A DNA stretch of 64,000 bases from Vicugna vicugna (Eukaryota): positions 2,939,696 to 3,003,695 of the forward strand of contig MU058540.1 of assembly GCA_013265495.1 (NCBI GenBank), read 5' to 3'. The stretch's first letter is position 1; every line of letters begins with the position of its first letter. Both the position numbers and the translations under genes were made by a program. The notes under the pieces were generated by a model. The model ran no database searches. It saw only the letters and a list, made by a program, of their open reading frames with translations, and was not told the DNA's origin. Positions 50,820 through 62,815 of the stretch are shown piece after piece.

Positions 50820-52125
50820 CCCCTCCTGTAGGCAACCTGTTTTCTGTCTCTAGATTTGCCTATTCTTGACTTTTGATATAAATGCAGTCATGTAATATGA
50901 GTGTTTTATGACTGTCGTCTTTCACTGAGCATAATGTGTTCAAGTTTCATCTATATTGTAGCATGTGTCAATACTTTATTCCTTTTTATTTTCCAGTAAT
51001 ACTCCCTTGTATGGGTATTATTATCCATTTTGTTTATCCATTCAGCAGTTCATGGATATTTGGGTTGCTTCCATTTTTTTTTTTAATGTTGTAGAATTAT
51101 CAGTTCTTTTGTTTCTTTTGGGGAGGGGATGGGGGAAGGTAATTAGGTTTGTTTATTTATTTATTTTTTAATGGTAGTACTGGGGATTGAACCCAGGACC
51201 TTGTGCATGCTAAGCATGCGCTTTACCACTAAGCCATACCCTCCCCACTGCTTCCTTTTTTGAGCTATTATGAATAATGCTGCTTTGAACAAATGAACTT
51301 GTTCGTGTACAAGTTTTCATATGGATATCTGTTTTAAATTATCTTGAGTGCATACTTAACACGTGGAATTACTGAGTCCTATGGTAACTCTATGTTTGAG
51401 TTTTTGAGGAACTTCCAAACTGTTTTCCAAAGAAACTACACCACTTTACATTCCCACCAGCAGTGTATGAATTCCATTGCTCAACATCCTTGCCAACACT
51501 TGTTATTATCTGACTTTTTAATTATAGTCATTCTAGTGAGTGAGAAGTGGTTATCTCATTGTGGTTTTGATTTAAATTTTCCTTATGGCTAACAATATTA
51601 AACATCTTTTCATGAGTTGATTGGCCATTTCTATATCTTCTTTGGAGAAATGTCTATTCAAATACTTTGCCCATTTTTTAATTGGGTTGTCTTTTTACAG
51701 TTGAGTTGTAAGAATTCTTTATGAACTCTGAATACCAGCTCCTTATCAGATATATGATTTGCAAATATTTACCCCCATTCTGTGGGTGGTTGTTTCTTTC
51801 TTAATGGTATTATTTGTAACACCAAAATTTTGTTAATTTTGATGTAGTCTAATTTATTTTGCTTTTGATACTCATGCTTTTGGTGTCATATCTAAGAAAC
51901 CATTGCCTAATCCAGTGTTAGAAAGCCCCCCCACAACCCGAACTCTAACCCTGATACCACAAACAAAAATTACCTCAAAATGGATCAAAAAACCTAAACT
52001 TTAGAGTTAAAACTATAAAACTCTTAGAAGAAAACATAGAAGGAAAGCTGTGATTCCAGGAAGCATCCAAGTTCATTCTTTGGCATGTGGATATTCAGTT
52101 GTCCAGCACCATTCGTTGAAAATAC
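50820..52125 (-). mobile_element. Old L1 (L1MB-like) 3' region containing a SINE and an internal inversion
   Basis: Antisense L1 motifs (ttacattcccaccagcagtgtatga; tcttctttggagaaatgtctattcaaat; tgcttttggtgtcatatctaagaa). Confidence 0.85.
51075..51247 (-). mobile_element. tRNA-derived SINE (Vic-1-like)
   Basis: Minus strand GGGGAGGGTATGGCTTAGTGGTAAAGCGCATGCTTAGCATGCACAAGGTCCTGGGTTCAATCCCCAGTAC. Flanks tgcttcc(a/t)ttttt resemble a TSD. Confidence 0.88.
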
Positions 52126-53070
52126 TCAGTGCTTTTTGAGGTTAGAAGCACTTTGGGGATGAAATATGTGAAATAAGAGAACCCTCTGCAGCAAGAAACA
52201 AGAGCAACAACAACAGAAGAGAAAATAGATGTCAAGCACTGCTTTCCTCATGTAAATGGAGAAAAACGTTGTTCTGTAGCACAAGCACTTTAAGAAAAAA
52301 CTGTTAAATTTCATTTTACAAATGATACAGAGAGAAGTCTATTTTGCCTTTAGTTTTTGCCTTTTATTCTCTCGCCACTGTGAAACAATCTGGCTTTAAA
52401 ATAAATATGAGAACCCAAATTGAATTTTGAAATGAGTTCTAGATCTTAGATCTTTTAAAGTATATAAAATACAAACAGAATGCCCTTTATTGTTAAAATT
52501 GTATTTACAGAAAAGCATGAGGACTCAAACCTGCTAGGTCTGAAGAGCTCCCAGGCCATGGTTTTGTGTTGTCTAAAATCCTTGCTCTGCCAGGAACAAA
52601 ACATAACCATGCTCCTCAGTAAATCTTGTCTTCAATTATCAGTTCCTTTTCTTGTATTGCTAAAAAGTTCATGTGATGTAAAAGGAAAGAAGTAATTGAT
52701 CAAAAACATTTTCCATACTCCATTTCTTTTTATTTTAGTAAATTACCAGTAGCAGATCTCCTGTGATTGGTTTCAGAAGTCATTTGGATGGCACTAGTGT
52801 TTCTGCGTCCCATTAGGAATTTATTGCTCTCTGGACTGGTGCTTGTCAAAGTGTTTGGGAACCACTGCTGGTCTGTAAACTCGTTGTTACTAGCCTACAA
52901 TTAAGAAACACTTAAAAATTTGTATCAGAGAATTAGGAAGAACTGGTCCTTCCCCAAAGGTAGTCAAGAAACACTGTTCTAAGGGAAGTAATCTTGAGGA
53001 GAAAGTACTTTAAAGAAACTAACTTTTTACATTTATTTTTCTCTCTTTCAGGGATTTTGTATTAGAAGAC

Positions 53071-53259
53071 ATGGATCTTGCTGCTAATGAGCTCAGCATT
53101 TATGACAAACTTTCAGAGACTGTTGATTTGGTGAGACAGACAGGCCATCAGTGTGGCATGTCAGAGAAGGCAATTGAAAAATTTATCAGACAGCTACTGG
53201 AAAAGAATGAACCACAGAGGGGGCCACCCCAGTATCCCTTCCTTCTAGCAGTGTACAAG
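53071..53259 (+). CDS. C6orf89: C6orf89 / bombesin receptor-activated protein, first main coding exon (exon begins 53052)
   Basis: Acceptor tttcag at 53046-53051. Encodes MDLAANELSIYDKLSETVDLVRQTGHQCGMSEKAIEKFIRQLLEKNEPQRGPPQYPFLLAVYK. 189 nt then GTAACA donor. Synteny with PPIL1 and CPNE5. Confidence 0.95.
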
Positions 53260-53723
53260 GTAACAAGGTGTTCTGATTTGGAAATAGCTTAGACAGAGCA
53301 CAAACTCTGCAGCATTCACCCCAAATATTCATGTTGACTGATTCCACCATTGAACCTTGGTTTTTCTATGAATAAATTGGTTTACTCTTCATTACCATGT
53401 TTTATTAGGAAATTTAACTATTTTGTTAAATGTCCTAGGTGAAAGCTGTGTATTTATAATTAAGTATATTTGTGCATATTTTTAAATGGTGGACATAGCC
53501 TTGGTCCATATGATTGAAGCTTGGTGAGCCTTGCAGTTCCCACAGTCCTCAGACTTTAAATGCTTTCAAAAGTGAATGTAAATGTCTTGTTTATGAAAAT
53601 GGATTAGTTCTTAAAGCACTTTGGAAGTAATAGAAGATGCCTGTTTTTTATGGGGGGGGAGGTGCATTAAAATATTTTGTTTGCTGGGACAATTATTAAT
53701 CCATTTCCTGTCTTTCCTTGTAG

Positions 53724-53937
53724 GTCCTCATAACCCTGGGATTAATCTTGCTCACTGCCTACTTTGTGATTCAACCTTTCAGCCCATTACCACCTGAACC
53801 AGTGCTTTCTGGAGCTCACACCTGGCGCTCACTCATCCATCACATCCGGCTGATGTCCTTACCTATTACCAAGAAGTATATGCCAGAAAATAAGGGAGTG
53901 CCTCTGCATGGGGGTGATGAAGACAGACCCTTTCCAG
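53724..53937 (+). CDS. C6orf89: C6orf89 next coding exon (transmembrane segment); gene continues beyond the window
   Basis: Acceptor ccttgtag, phase 0. Encodes VLITLGLILLTAYFVIQPFSPLPPEPVLSGAHTWRSLIHHIRLMSLPITKKYMPENKGVPLHGGDEDRPFP. 214 nt then GTAGAA donor. Confidence 0.95.
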
Positions 53938-56900
53938 GTAGAATGCTGCATGTACTACTTATCAGATAACGGCTTTCTTGGCAGTGTATCATGTGAAAGG
54001 AAGTAACATTTATTGATATCTAATGAGAGACACTCTCCCTATGTTGTCTCATTTAATTCAATCCTCAGTAAAACCTCATGGGATGGGTTTTATTACCCCA
54101 TTTTGCAGACTGAGAAACTGAGTGGTTTTGCTCATAGAAGGGATCTGAGTATATCTTATTCTACTGTTTTTTCTTCTATGATCCCTATCTGTGGTAGATA
54201 TTTTAATAAATAGCTATTGATTTTTTGAGAACTTCTGAATCCAGATCCTCTAATAGTCCTTAGCCTATTGGGCTAGGTTTTTGTCTAGGTATATCCCTCT
54301 TCTTCAATTTAGTCTTTTCTCTCTGTCTCACAGTTCACTTATGTAGTGCTCCTAAGTATACAATTTTGCCAATAAGTTGAATTCAAGAAACACTTAAATT
54401 TAGTAACAACGTATCAATAGTAGCACAGGAATTCCTAGTCCGGTAGGCTGTTTTAGGAGTTGCCTTTTGAGAATAGTATAACAAGATAAGACTCGAAGTT
54501 TACTTTATGAGAACAAATAGATACTATTTGGGGACATTATTTTATGTATATTTTTATTAGTTGTTTATCTTACTTGCCCATACGAAAGAATGCATAAATT
54601 AATATCACAAATGGATTATGGAGCTTTTTGTGTAACCATGTTCTGAAACCATTAGGCTCCAGCATAACTATTTAGGAAGTATGTTTTCTCTTCAATGTTG
54701 TTTTCAGGAAAAATTCAGTAGTTGAAGCTAAACCTTATAATCATAATACCATTCTTTAAGCCAAGACCTAGCCAGTCATAAAAATCATCATTTGGCTTTG
54801 AAAGCTGTTTTTGTACCCTTGAGGAAATTACAGAAAGATTTCCAGAATTATATCAAAATCAGAGGAAGGGAACATTGTAAAGCAAAAACCCAGCCTGTAA
54901 GTTTTTTTAAAAAATTAGCTCATATATTTGGACTTTTTAACTCCAGATATATTTTCCTTGTACTTATTGGGAACGTTGTTTTTGAAATGTCATCAGCAAA
55001 GCATATACAAATGAAGTGTCCACCTCCTATCAGGAGCATCCAGAGCATGTAGGGGAAAGAGACAGAGAAACTTGTCAGTGAGGGTAGCCTGTGCTGCTTC
55101 TTCACATGCATCAGTTTCCTTTCATGTCTTCCTCTCACAGCCTCCCTAGAGTCAGCTTCTGCTCTTTGGCACGTGAGGTGAAGTCAACAGTTTTTAGGAC
55201 CAGATTGATGGCATTTCTACTTTCTTTCTCCCCATCCTGTAAAGTACAACTCCATGGACTGTTGAGTTAAGAAATAATAGTCAATGGACAATGATTGTTC
55301 ATTCTCTGTATTGGAGCTTAAAAATTTAAGAAACATCTTGTCAACAAGCCAGATTGTTTGGCCACTCCAAATGAATATTTTGCCTTGCAGGTGGAAATAA
55401 AACGAGTCCTTAGAGCTCACTTGTAAAGAGAGAGCATTGGAAGGGTGTGGCTTTACATCTTTAATGTTGTTGATTCTATTAAAGTGCCGCTTTTACTTGT
55501 AAATGTGGATATTGCACCCTGTTTTCCTGTGTGAGATAATTCTGGGAAGCTGTAGACATGTAAAACTAACAGCGCTTTGCATAGCATTTGGAAGGAAACT
55601 TAAGAATGCATAATGCTATAAGGAGAGAACAGAAACATATTGGGGAGAATTAGGTGCAAGAAGTTGAACTGTCTGGCCTGTAAGAGGGCCAGAAAAGTAA
55701 AAAATATATAAATTATTGTTCCTGTTGTCATAATGCCAGAAAGCAACTGCCTTTCAGTTAGGACTACTTAGCAACACTTTTAAAGTAAATGTGGAGGCAG
55801 AATGGTGTGGCAGACTCAGCTCCCCGTAGGAAAGCCCTTCAGCATACTGTCTCCTTAAGGGCTGACTGGTTATCTGACACTCCCTGCAGCAGCGCCTTGG
55901 GAATGATGGAAGGCAACGGGAGCGGCGGTGCTGTACCAGTGGCTCCGCCACCAGTGGTGGTAGGTTTCCTCCTGACCACTTGTGGTACTTCCTCTTGACT
56001 CTACCCAGGGAACAAAAGGCAACAGAAGTGGGGTTCTTTTTCTAGATTTCAGCTTCGGGTAGGAAACCTTGCCCCTAAATCCTCTTCATAGGGAGAATGA
56101 AGTGACTCTGTAGTGAGTCATGTATACATCCCACTCTGCAGCAGAAAATAAATAAGCTGACTTGTTTAGTCTTAACAGATATCAGGCCCTGTTCAAAGGG
56201 CTTTCCATATATCAACTCACTTGATATTTATAATATTCCTGTGCACTAGGTTCTGGGTTTATGTCTGTTTTAAAGATGAAGACACTGAGGTACAGTGAGA
56301 GTAGCTCACTTGCCCAAGACCCCAAGGTCAGTAAGTCATGGAACCATGATATGAACCGAGGCAACCTGTCTTCAGAGTCTGAGCCTCTGATGTGAGGCGT
56401 TTGTAGCCACAGGGTATACCTGAAGAGTCTAGCTCTAAGTTTGATTTTAGAGTTCTACACTCCTTCTCTCAGATCACCAGATGCTTTCTCTCTCAGCTCC
56501 CTAGTCCCTGAAGAAACAAAGTTCTTTCTGGCTGCTACTGCATGTCCAATGATAAATGATCCCCCTTTAGAATTTTCCTGAACTAATCTTTTCCTAGACA
56601 TTCAGTCCAGCTCATCCTCCCAATCTGCACCCTTATAGGTAATGTTTGACTTATTGTTTGACTTAATCCTTTCTCTTATTAACCCATAGGTTTCCCTTCA
56701 CATTCACATTCTTATTCCACTGCCCTACCCCCAGCTTCATATCTTTATATCCACTTTGACCCTCCAGCCATCCTCTTGGCTTTCACCCAATGGAATCATT
56801 GAGTCTTAGAGCTCAAAAGGAACTTTAGAGTTGATTTAGTACATACTTTAAACATACCCCTGTTTTATAAAGAGGAAATTGAAGCCAGGAGATGTGAAGA

Positions 56901-57068
56901 GCTTGCTTACCCAGCTAAAAGTGGCAGACTAGCACTTGACCCTTAGTTTCTTAACTCTAGTCTAGCACTCTTGCTGTCATGTCACATTTACTGCTCTGCC
57001 CTCAGCTAAGCCAGGTTCCAGCATGTTCGGCCCAATGATTTTGTTTACTTGGGGCATTTATAATTTTT

Positions 57069-57248
57069 TTTGCATTTTATTTTTTATTGAAGCATAGTTG
57101 ATTTACAATGTTAGTTTCAGGTATACAGCAAAGCAATTCAGTTATACATAAACCCACATATGTTTACACATATATTTTCAGATTCTTTTCCATTATAGCT
57201 CACTACAGGTAATTGAATATAGTTCCCTGTGCTATACAGTAGGTCTGA
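57069..57248 (-). mobile_element. Short L1 3'-UTR insertion
   Basis: tttattgaagcatagttgatttacaatgtt...gttccctgtgctatacagtagg. TSD gcatttataattttt at 57054-57068 and 57249-57263. Confidence 0.85.
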
Positions 57249-59760
57249 GCATTTATAATTTTTGATTGTACTATCCATATGTACTGAGGAGGCCCAGGGA
57301 AGTTCTCATATACAATGAGAAGGTGTATCTCTGTATCTGTACTGCATAATTGGAACTTTATGTATCCATGAACTTTCAAGAGAAGGTTGAAGTGAATCTA
57401 CAAATATCAAGGCGATTTGGGAATAGCAGATCATTCATTGACTTAGAACTAAGATTAGGGCCTAATCAGACTTAGAGCCCAGGCCAGTGCCCAAAGATGA
57501 AAAGCTGAGACCTGTTTATTTGCAAATAAAAGAATAAAGTGATAATAGCTCTGTCAAGCACTTACAGTATAACAGGCACTGTGCCACGTACTGAGCTGTG
57601 TATTTCTCGGTCTTCACAGCAGTCACATAAGGTAGTTAACATTTTTATGTCCATTTCAAAGATGAGGAAACTGATGTGCATGGAGGTTGACTATCTTACC
57701 TGAAGTTTCACATTTAGAGATAAATTTTTATACAAGGAGAATTCATAAAAATAGATGGACTCTGTGGTTTGGAATGGTTCAAACACTTTGCTTCCTAAAG
57801 GCAAACCTGTGGGCAAAATGATTTCATGGATTCCTTCCATCCCTATAGTGTATGAAAGTGGCTCCAGGCCTGCTGCCACCCATGCAGAGGACCTGGCCAT
57901 GGGCGCCTCCACCATGAAGACTTCACCCCTGCCTTATGCCTAGGATGCTAGAAGTGCTAAGCAAAACAAACTGCTGGAGAGTAGCCTGATTAAATACTGA
58001 GCACACACCAAAGTCACAGAAACTCTGTCGTGGACTTTGCAGGCTTTTCTTGGGCACGTTTCTAATATGAGAAATCTAATATAAGAAATCATGAGGTTAT
58101 ATTTATTTAATCTTTATTTTGAGGTTTCTCCAAATTCAGATTACTTGTTTGAATTTTCTCCCCATGGACCTAATCCTATTGGTAAAGCTTCCAAAAAGTC
58201 AAGATTTCATTCATTCATTCAGTGAATGTGTATTGAGACCCTGTTGTACACCAGGCACTGTTCTCAACACAACAGCAAACAAAACAGACAGTCCCTCTGC
58301 TTTTGTGGAGCTAGTCTTGGCTTTGTACCTTTCTTCTTCCCTATCCTTTTCAACCAGTGGGAGGGTTTTTTTTGGTCCTGGAAATAAATCTTTTTTTTTT
58401 CCTCTTGCCAGGTTAATCTGTGTAAAAAGACTCTCTCCACTCAGAATTCCAGGGTATGTTATTGTTGTCCACAGCGAGCCAGCCTGAGTGCATTTTCTTT
58501 GTAAACAACTCTCAGGCACCAGGAAGCCTCCTGACAGGCCTTGGCTCACCGCTTCTCTGCAGAGTGCCCAAACTTCAGAGAAGGCTGGGAAGTTACAGTT
58601 TCTGCCTTTCTTAACTTCAAGGCTGTGTTTTTTCTAAGAGACTGTTTTTGATATCTCAAACAGCAAAATGATTCTATAATCAGTGAGAATTTGGAATACA
58701 GTTCATGGGTTTTATTGAATTCTTACCTGTGGAGTTTCACTTCTCTGTCACACCTTTTTTTTCTTTTTTTAGGATAAAATAGCTAGTATAAGGAGGCTAT
58801 CCGGAGTAAAGAAGCCTTAGAAATCAAAAGAAAGTTAGGAAGTTGCTCTCCGGCTTCCACTGGGCTTTCTGTCTGGTGCTGCAGAAAGGGTGGATAGAAA
58901 CAGTGGAGGACTAGAAAAAAGTGAGATGCAGCATTTTAGATAATTGAAGAAAAGCTGTGGACTGGGATGGCATGGGATGGTCTGCTGTGTGCTGTTGGCT
59001 GTTTTCTAGGATGGGATTTTGCTCACTCTGTGGTATGTTGTCTGCAGCCAGTTGTATAGAGAACAAATCAGATTAAAGCTTCTCAGATAGATGGAGGCGC
59101 AAGTTGAAGTCTAGGCATTTCTCCCTTTGTTTTGGAAATTCTATGAGAAGTGGAGAAAGAACCCCAAGTGTGCGCTGCCCCCGCTCCCAGACACTTCACT
59201 ATCTGGTGTTTCCTCAGTCCCTTCCCACCAAGTAGGTACATTCTTTACCTACCTTGATGATGAAGGCTGCAGAGAAATCAAAAGTAGCTCTTCCTCCTGA
59301 AGTGAGGGCTCCCCTAATTCAGATGGATGATATAAACTACCCCATTCCAGTGATCCTTTTTCATCCTCCCCTCCCCCTTTGCTGGCCACCAGCCTGGCCA
59401 CAGGGCCTGTCTTCCAAGATGACTTAACTCTACACTAAATGTTAATATTCTCAGCTTGAGTTTTCATGGTCTCCAAAGACTTTTTTTTTTTTTTTTGGAA
59501 AATACATAAAACACATACGAAGACAGTAGAGAGGTGTAAGATGTTGATTTTTAAAAATACACTTCTGAAGTATATAAATTTTCTCACCTCTATCCATCTA
59601 ACTCTTCCACCCAAGCAACCACTGGTAATAATTTGATATACATCCTTCTGAATTTGTCCCTGGCTGTACAGATAGATATACTTAATATCTGTAAATATAA
59701 AATACTTTTGGTTTACACACACAAGACAGGGCTTATGAACATATTTTTGGCTAGACATAT

Positions 59761-60205
59761 TGTATTAGTTTCTAAAGCTGCCATAACAAAGCACCACAGA
59801 CCAGGTGGATTAAAACAACAGAAATTCATTCTCTCACAGTTTTACAGGTGAGAAGTCCAAAATCAAGGTGTTAATAGGGTTGTACTCCCTCTCAAAGGCT
59901 CTAGGGAAGAATCCTTCTTTGCCTCTCCAGCTTCTGGTGGTTGCCATCAATTCTTGACATTTCTTAGCTGCAGTAGCCTAACTCTGGTTTCCATCTCTAC
60001 ATGGCCATCTTCCCTCTATGGGTCATTGTGTGTCCTCTCCTCTTATAAGGACACCGTTTAGATTGGATTTAGGGTCCACCCTACTTCAGTATGACCTCAC
60101 CTTAATTAATTATATCTGTAAAGACCCTGTTTCCAAATATAGTCACTTTCTGAGGTTCCAGAGGGACTTGAATTTTAGGGAGGACACTGTTCAACCCAGT
60201 ATACA
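59761..60205 (-). mobile_element. MaLR solo LTR (MLT1C-like) inserted in an old L1
   Basis: tgtattagtttctaaagctgccataacaaa...gaaattcattctctcacagt...gacactgttcaacccagtataca. Confidence 0.85.
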
Positions 60206-61081
60206 CATTTTTCGGGATTTCATATTATTCCATTCTGTGAGTATTCCATTATTTAACAATTTCTAGATTTTTTGCTATTATTTAAAAAAAGGACTTGGGA
60301 CATTCATATAAACTTATTTTTATATACACATACGATTATTTCTATAAGATGGATTCTTGAAAGTAGAGTAACAGGGTCAAAGGGCATGCACATTTTATAT
60401 TTCAATAAATACTAACAAATTATCTTCATAAACTTACACCAATGTGTAACTTTCATTAAAGCATATGCTGATCATCAGCACTGGATATTGTCATTGTTTT
60501 GCCAGTCAGAAAACTGAAAAATGGTATCTCCCTCTAAGTTGCATTTCTGTGGTTATTAGTGGAGTTGGTTGGATGTCTTCTCATGTTTTTTTCAGGCCAT
60601 TTATGTTTATTTTTCTGTGAATTACTTGTTCATATTTCTTTGCCCTTTTAAAATTTTTGATCAAATAGGGTTTATTATATATTAGAGGTATTAATTCTTT
60701 GCCTCTTAATATGCAAACATTAGCTGAATCTGTCCATTTTTTTCCATTATGACATCTTGGTTTATGTCTTGCTTAGGAAACCTTTCTTGCTCCCAGACTT
60801 AAAAAAATCATCTCATATTTTTCTCTAATATTTTTAAAATTTGTTTTATCCATTTATCTAGAATGTTTTTCAGTGCATACTGAAGGATAGGGAGCATATT
60901 TTGTTTTCTTCCAAATAGATGGCCACTTGTCCCAATATCATTTACTGGATCCATCCTGTATTGAATCAAAATTGACCTTTAATCACAAAGTAAATATTCT
61001 CATATGTATATATACTAGATCTGTTGCCACATTCTTTATTGTGTTTTATTAAGCTTTTTATCTGTTCCTTGTAAGAACATA

Positions 61082-61816
61082 CAGTTAATTCTCATTATTT
61101 GCTGTAGTTTTGTTCTATAAAGTTCCTGTAAACACTGAATTAGTGAATACTGACCCATTGTCCCCAGGGGAAATACAGAGTTTGGTTCTGTAGCCAGAGA
61201 GCCTCTGGCTACATTTTCATCAACTGATCAATACATGACCTTGTTTTATGTATGTGTCTGTTTAAAGACACCTTATTTAAAAGATATTTTGATTCATTAA
61301 CATTGAACTCACAGTCAGCACTGTAACTCATGTCTGAAAAAAGTTTATTTAACACATGTATTTTCTCTGTAAGGTACATCACAGCCTTCTTTCACTCAGG
61401 AACACTAGGTAGTACTTCAGCACTATACTTGGGGGTCATTTTTTAAAATTCATAAACTATTTTTAGAGCAGTTTTACATTCACAGAAAAATTGAGAGGAA
61501 AGTACAGAGAGTTCCCATATACCCTCTGACCCCCTAAGCACACAGCCTCCCTTAGGGGCCACTTTTAACAGCAAAGTCACCAAGAAAAATACCAAAAAAA
61601 AAAAAAAAGTGGCACTAAATAGGCAGCAAACAGGACACTTATTTACAGTATGAGAGGTGAAACAAAAAGACAGAACAGTTGCCTTGTTCCACTTCAGCTG
61701 GGATTTGTCACTTGGTATTGTGAAAGCACCAGCAGTATTGATTTGCAGGTTACAAATAAATTGTAGGGAGTCGGCAAATTCATAGATAAGAATCTGTGAA
61801 TAATAAGGATTGGCTG
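61082..61816. mobile_element. TcMar-Tigger MITE (MER82-like) interrupted by a short L1 tail at ~61440-61552
   Basis: TA target duplication on both sides. TIRs cagttaattctcattatt / aataataaggattggctg. The inner L1 tail is flanked by imperfect repeat ggggtcatttt / ggggccactttt. Confidence 0.8.
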
Positions 61817-61909
61817 TACTATTTTAATTATAATAGCTTTATAGAATGCTACTAATTTTTTTTATCGGGTTAAAGCAAGTCTCTCATTATTTTTCTTTTT
61901 CAAGAATTT

Positions 61910-62815
61910 ATTATCTACAACTCCTACAATTCAATAATAGAAAGACAAATAACCCAATTAAAAATGGGCAAAAGATTTGAATAGACATTTTTCCAAAAAA
62001 GACATACAGACAGCTGATATGCACATGAAAAGATGCTCAGCATCGTTAGCCATCAAGGAAATGCAAATCAGAACCACAGTGAGAAACCACCTGATACCTA
62101 CCTACCTAAGTATGGCTGTAATAAAAAAGGCAGTAAGAAGTGTTGGTGAGGATGTGGAGAAATTGGAACCCTCATCCATTACTGACTGGAATGTGAAATA
62201 GTGCAGCTGCTTTGGAAAACAGTTTGGCATTTCCTCAAAAAGCTAAACATAGAGTTACCAAATGACCTAGTAATTCTACTCCTAGGAATGCACACAAGAG
62301 AACTGAAAACATAAGCCCACACAAAAACTTGTATGCAAGTGTTCATAGAACATTATTCATAACAGCCCTAAAGTAGAAACAACCCAAGTGTCCAGCATCT
62401 TATGAACGAATAAACAAAATGTAGTGTATCCTTATTATGGAATAGCACTCAGCAATAGAAAAGAATGAAGAACTGACAGGTGCTACAACATGGATGAACC
62501 TTGGAAACTAAATTAAAGAAGCCAGACGCAAAAGACCATATATTACATTATTCCACTTATATGAAATACCAGAAGGGGAAATCCATAGAGAGTGAAATCC
62601 ATAGAAAGTGGCTTAGGGCTGGTGGGAAAGGGGTTAGAATGGGAAGTGACTGCTAATAGGTACAGGGTTTCTTTTTAGGGTGATGAAAATGTTTTAAAAT
62701 CAGATAATGGTGTTGGTTACACAACTCTGAATATACTGAAAGCTGCTGCATTGTACACCTTAAATGAATGAATTTTATGATACATGAATTAAATCTCAAT
62801 AAAGCTGTTTTTAAG
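61910..62815 (+). mobile_element. Old L1 (L1MB-like) ORF2 end and 3' UTR
   Basis: Degenerate ORF2 ([10 protein letters not shown]...HMKRCS...EMQIRTT) homologous to 71-850. Ends tctcaataaagctgtt. Confidence 0.9.

Noticed and set aside
56752..56770. ACTTTGACCC as a possible start of the next C6orf89 exon
   Set aside because: No AG acceptor precedes it and there is no convincing coding continuation. The next exon is probably beyond the window.
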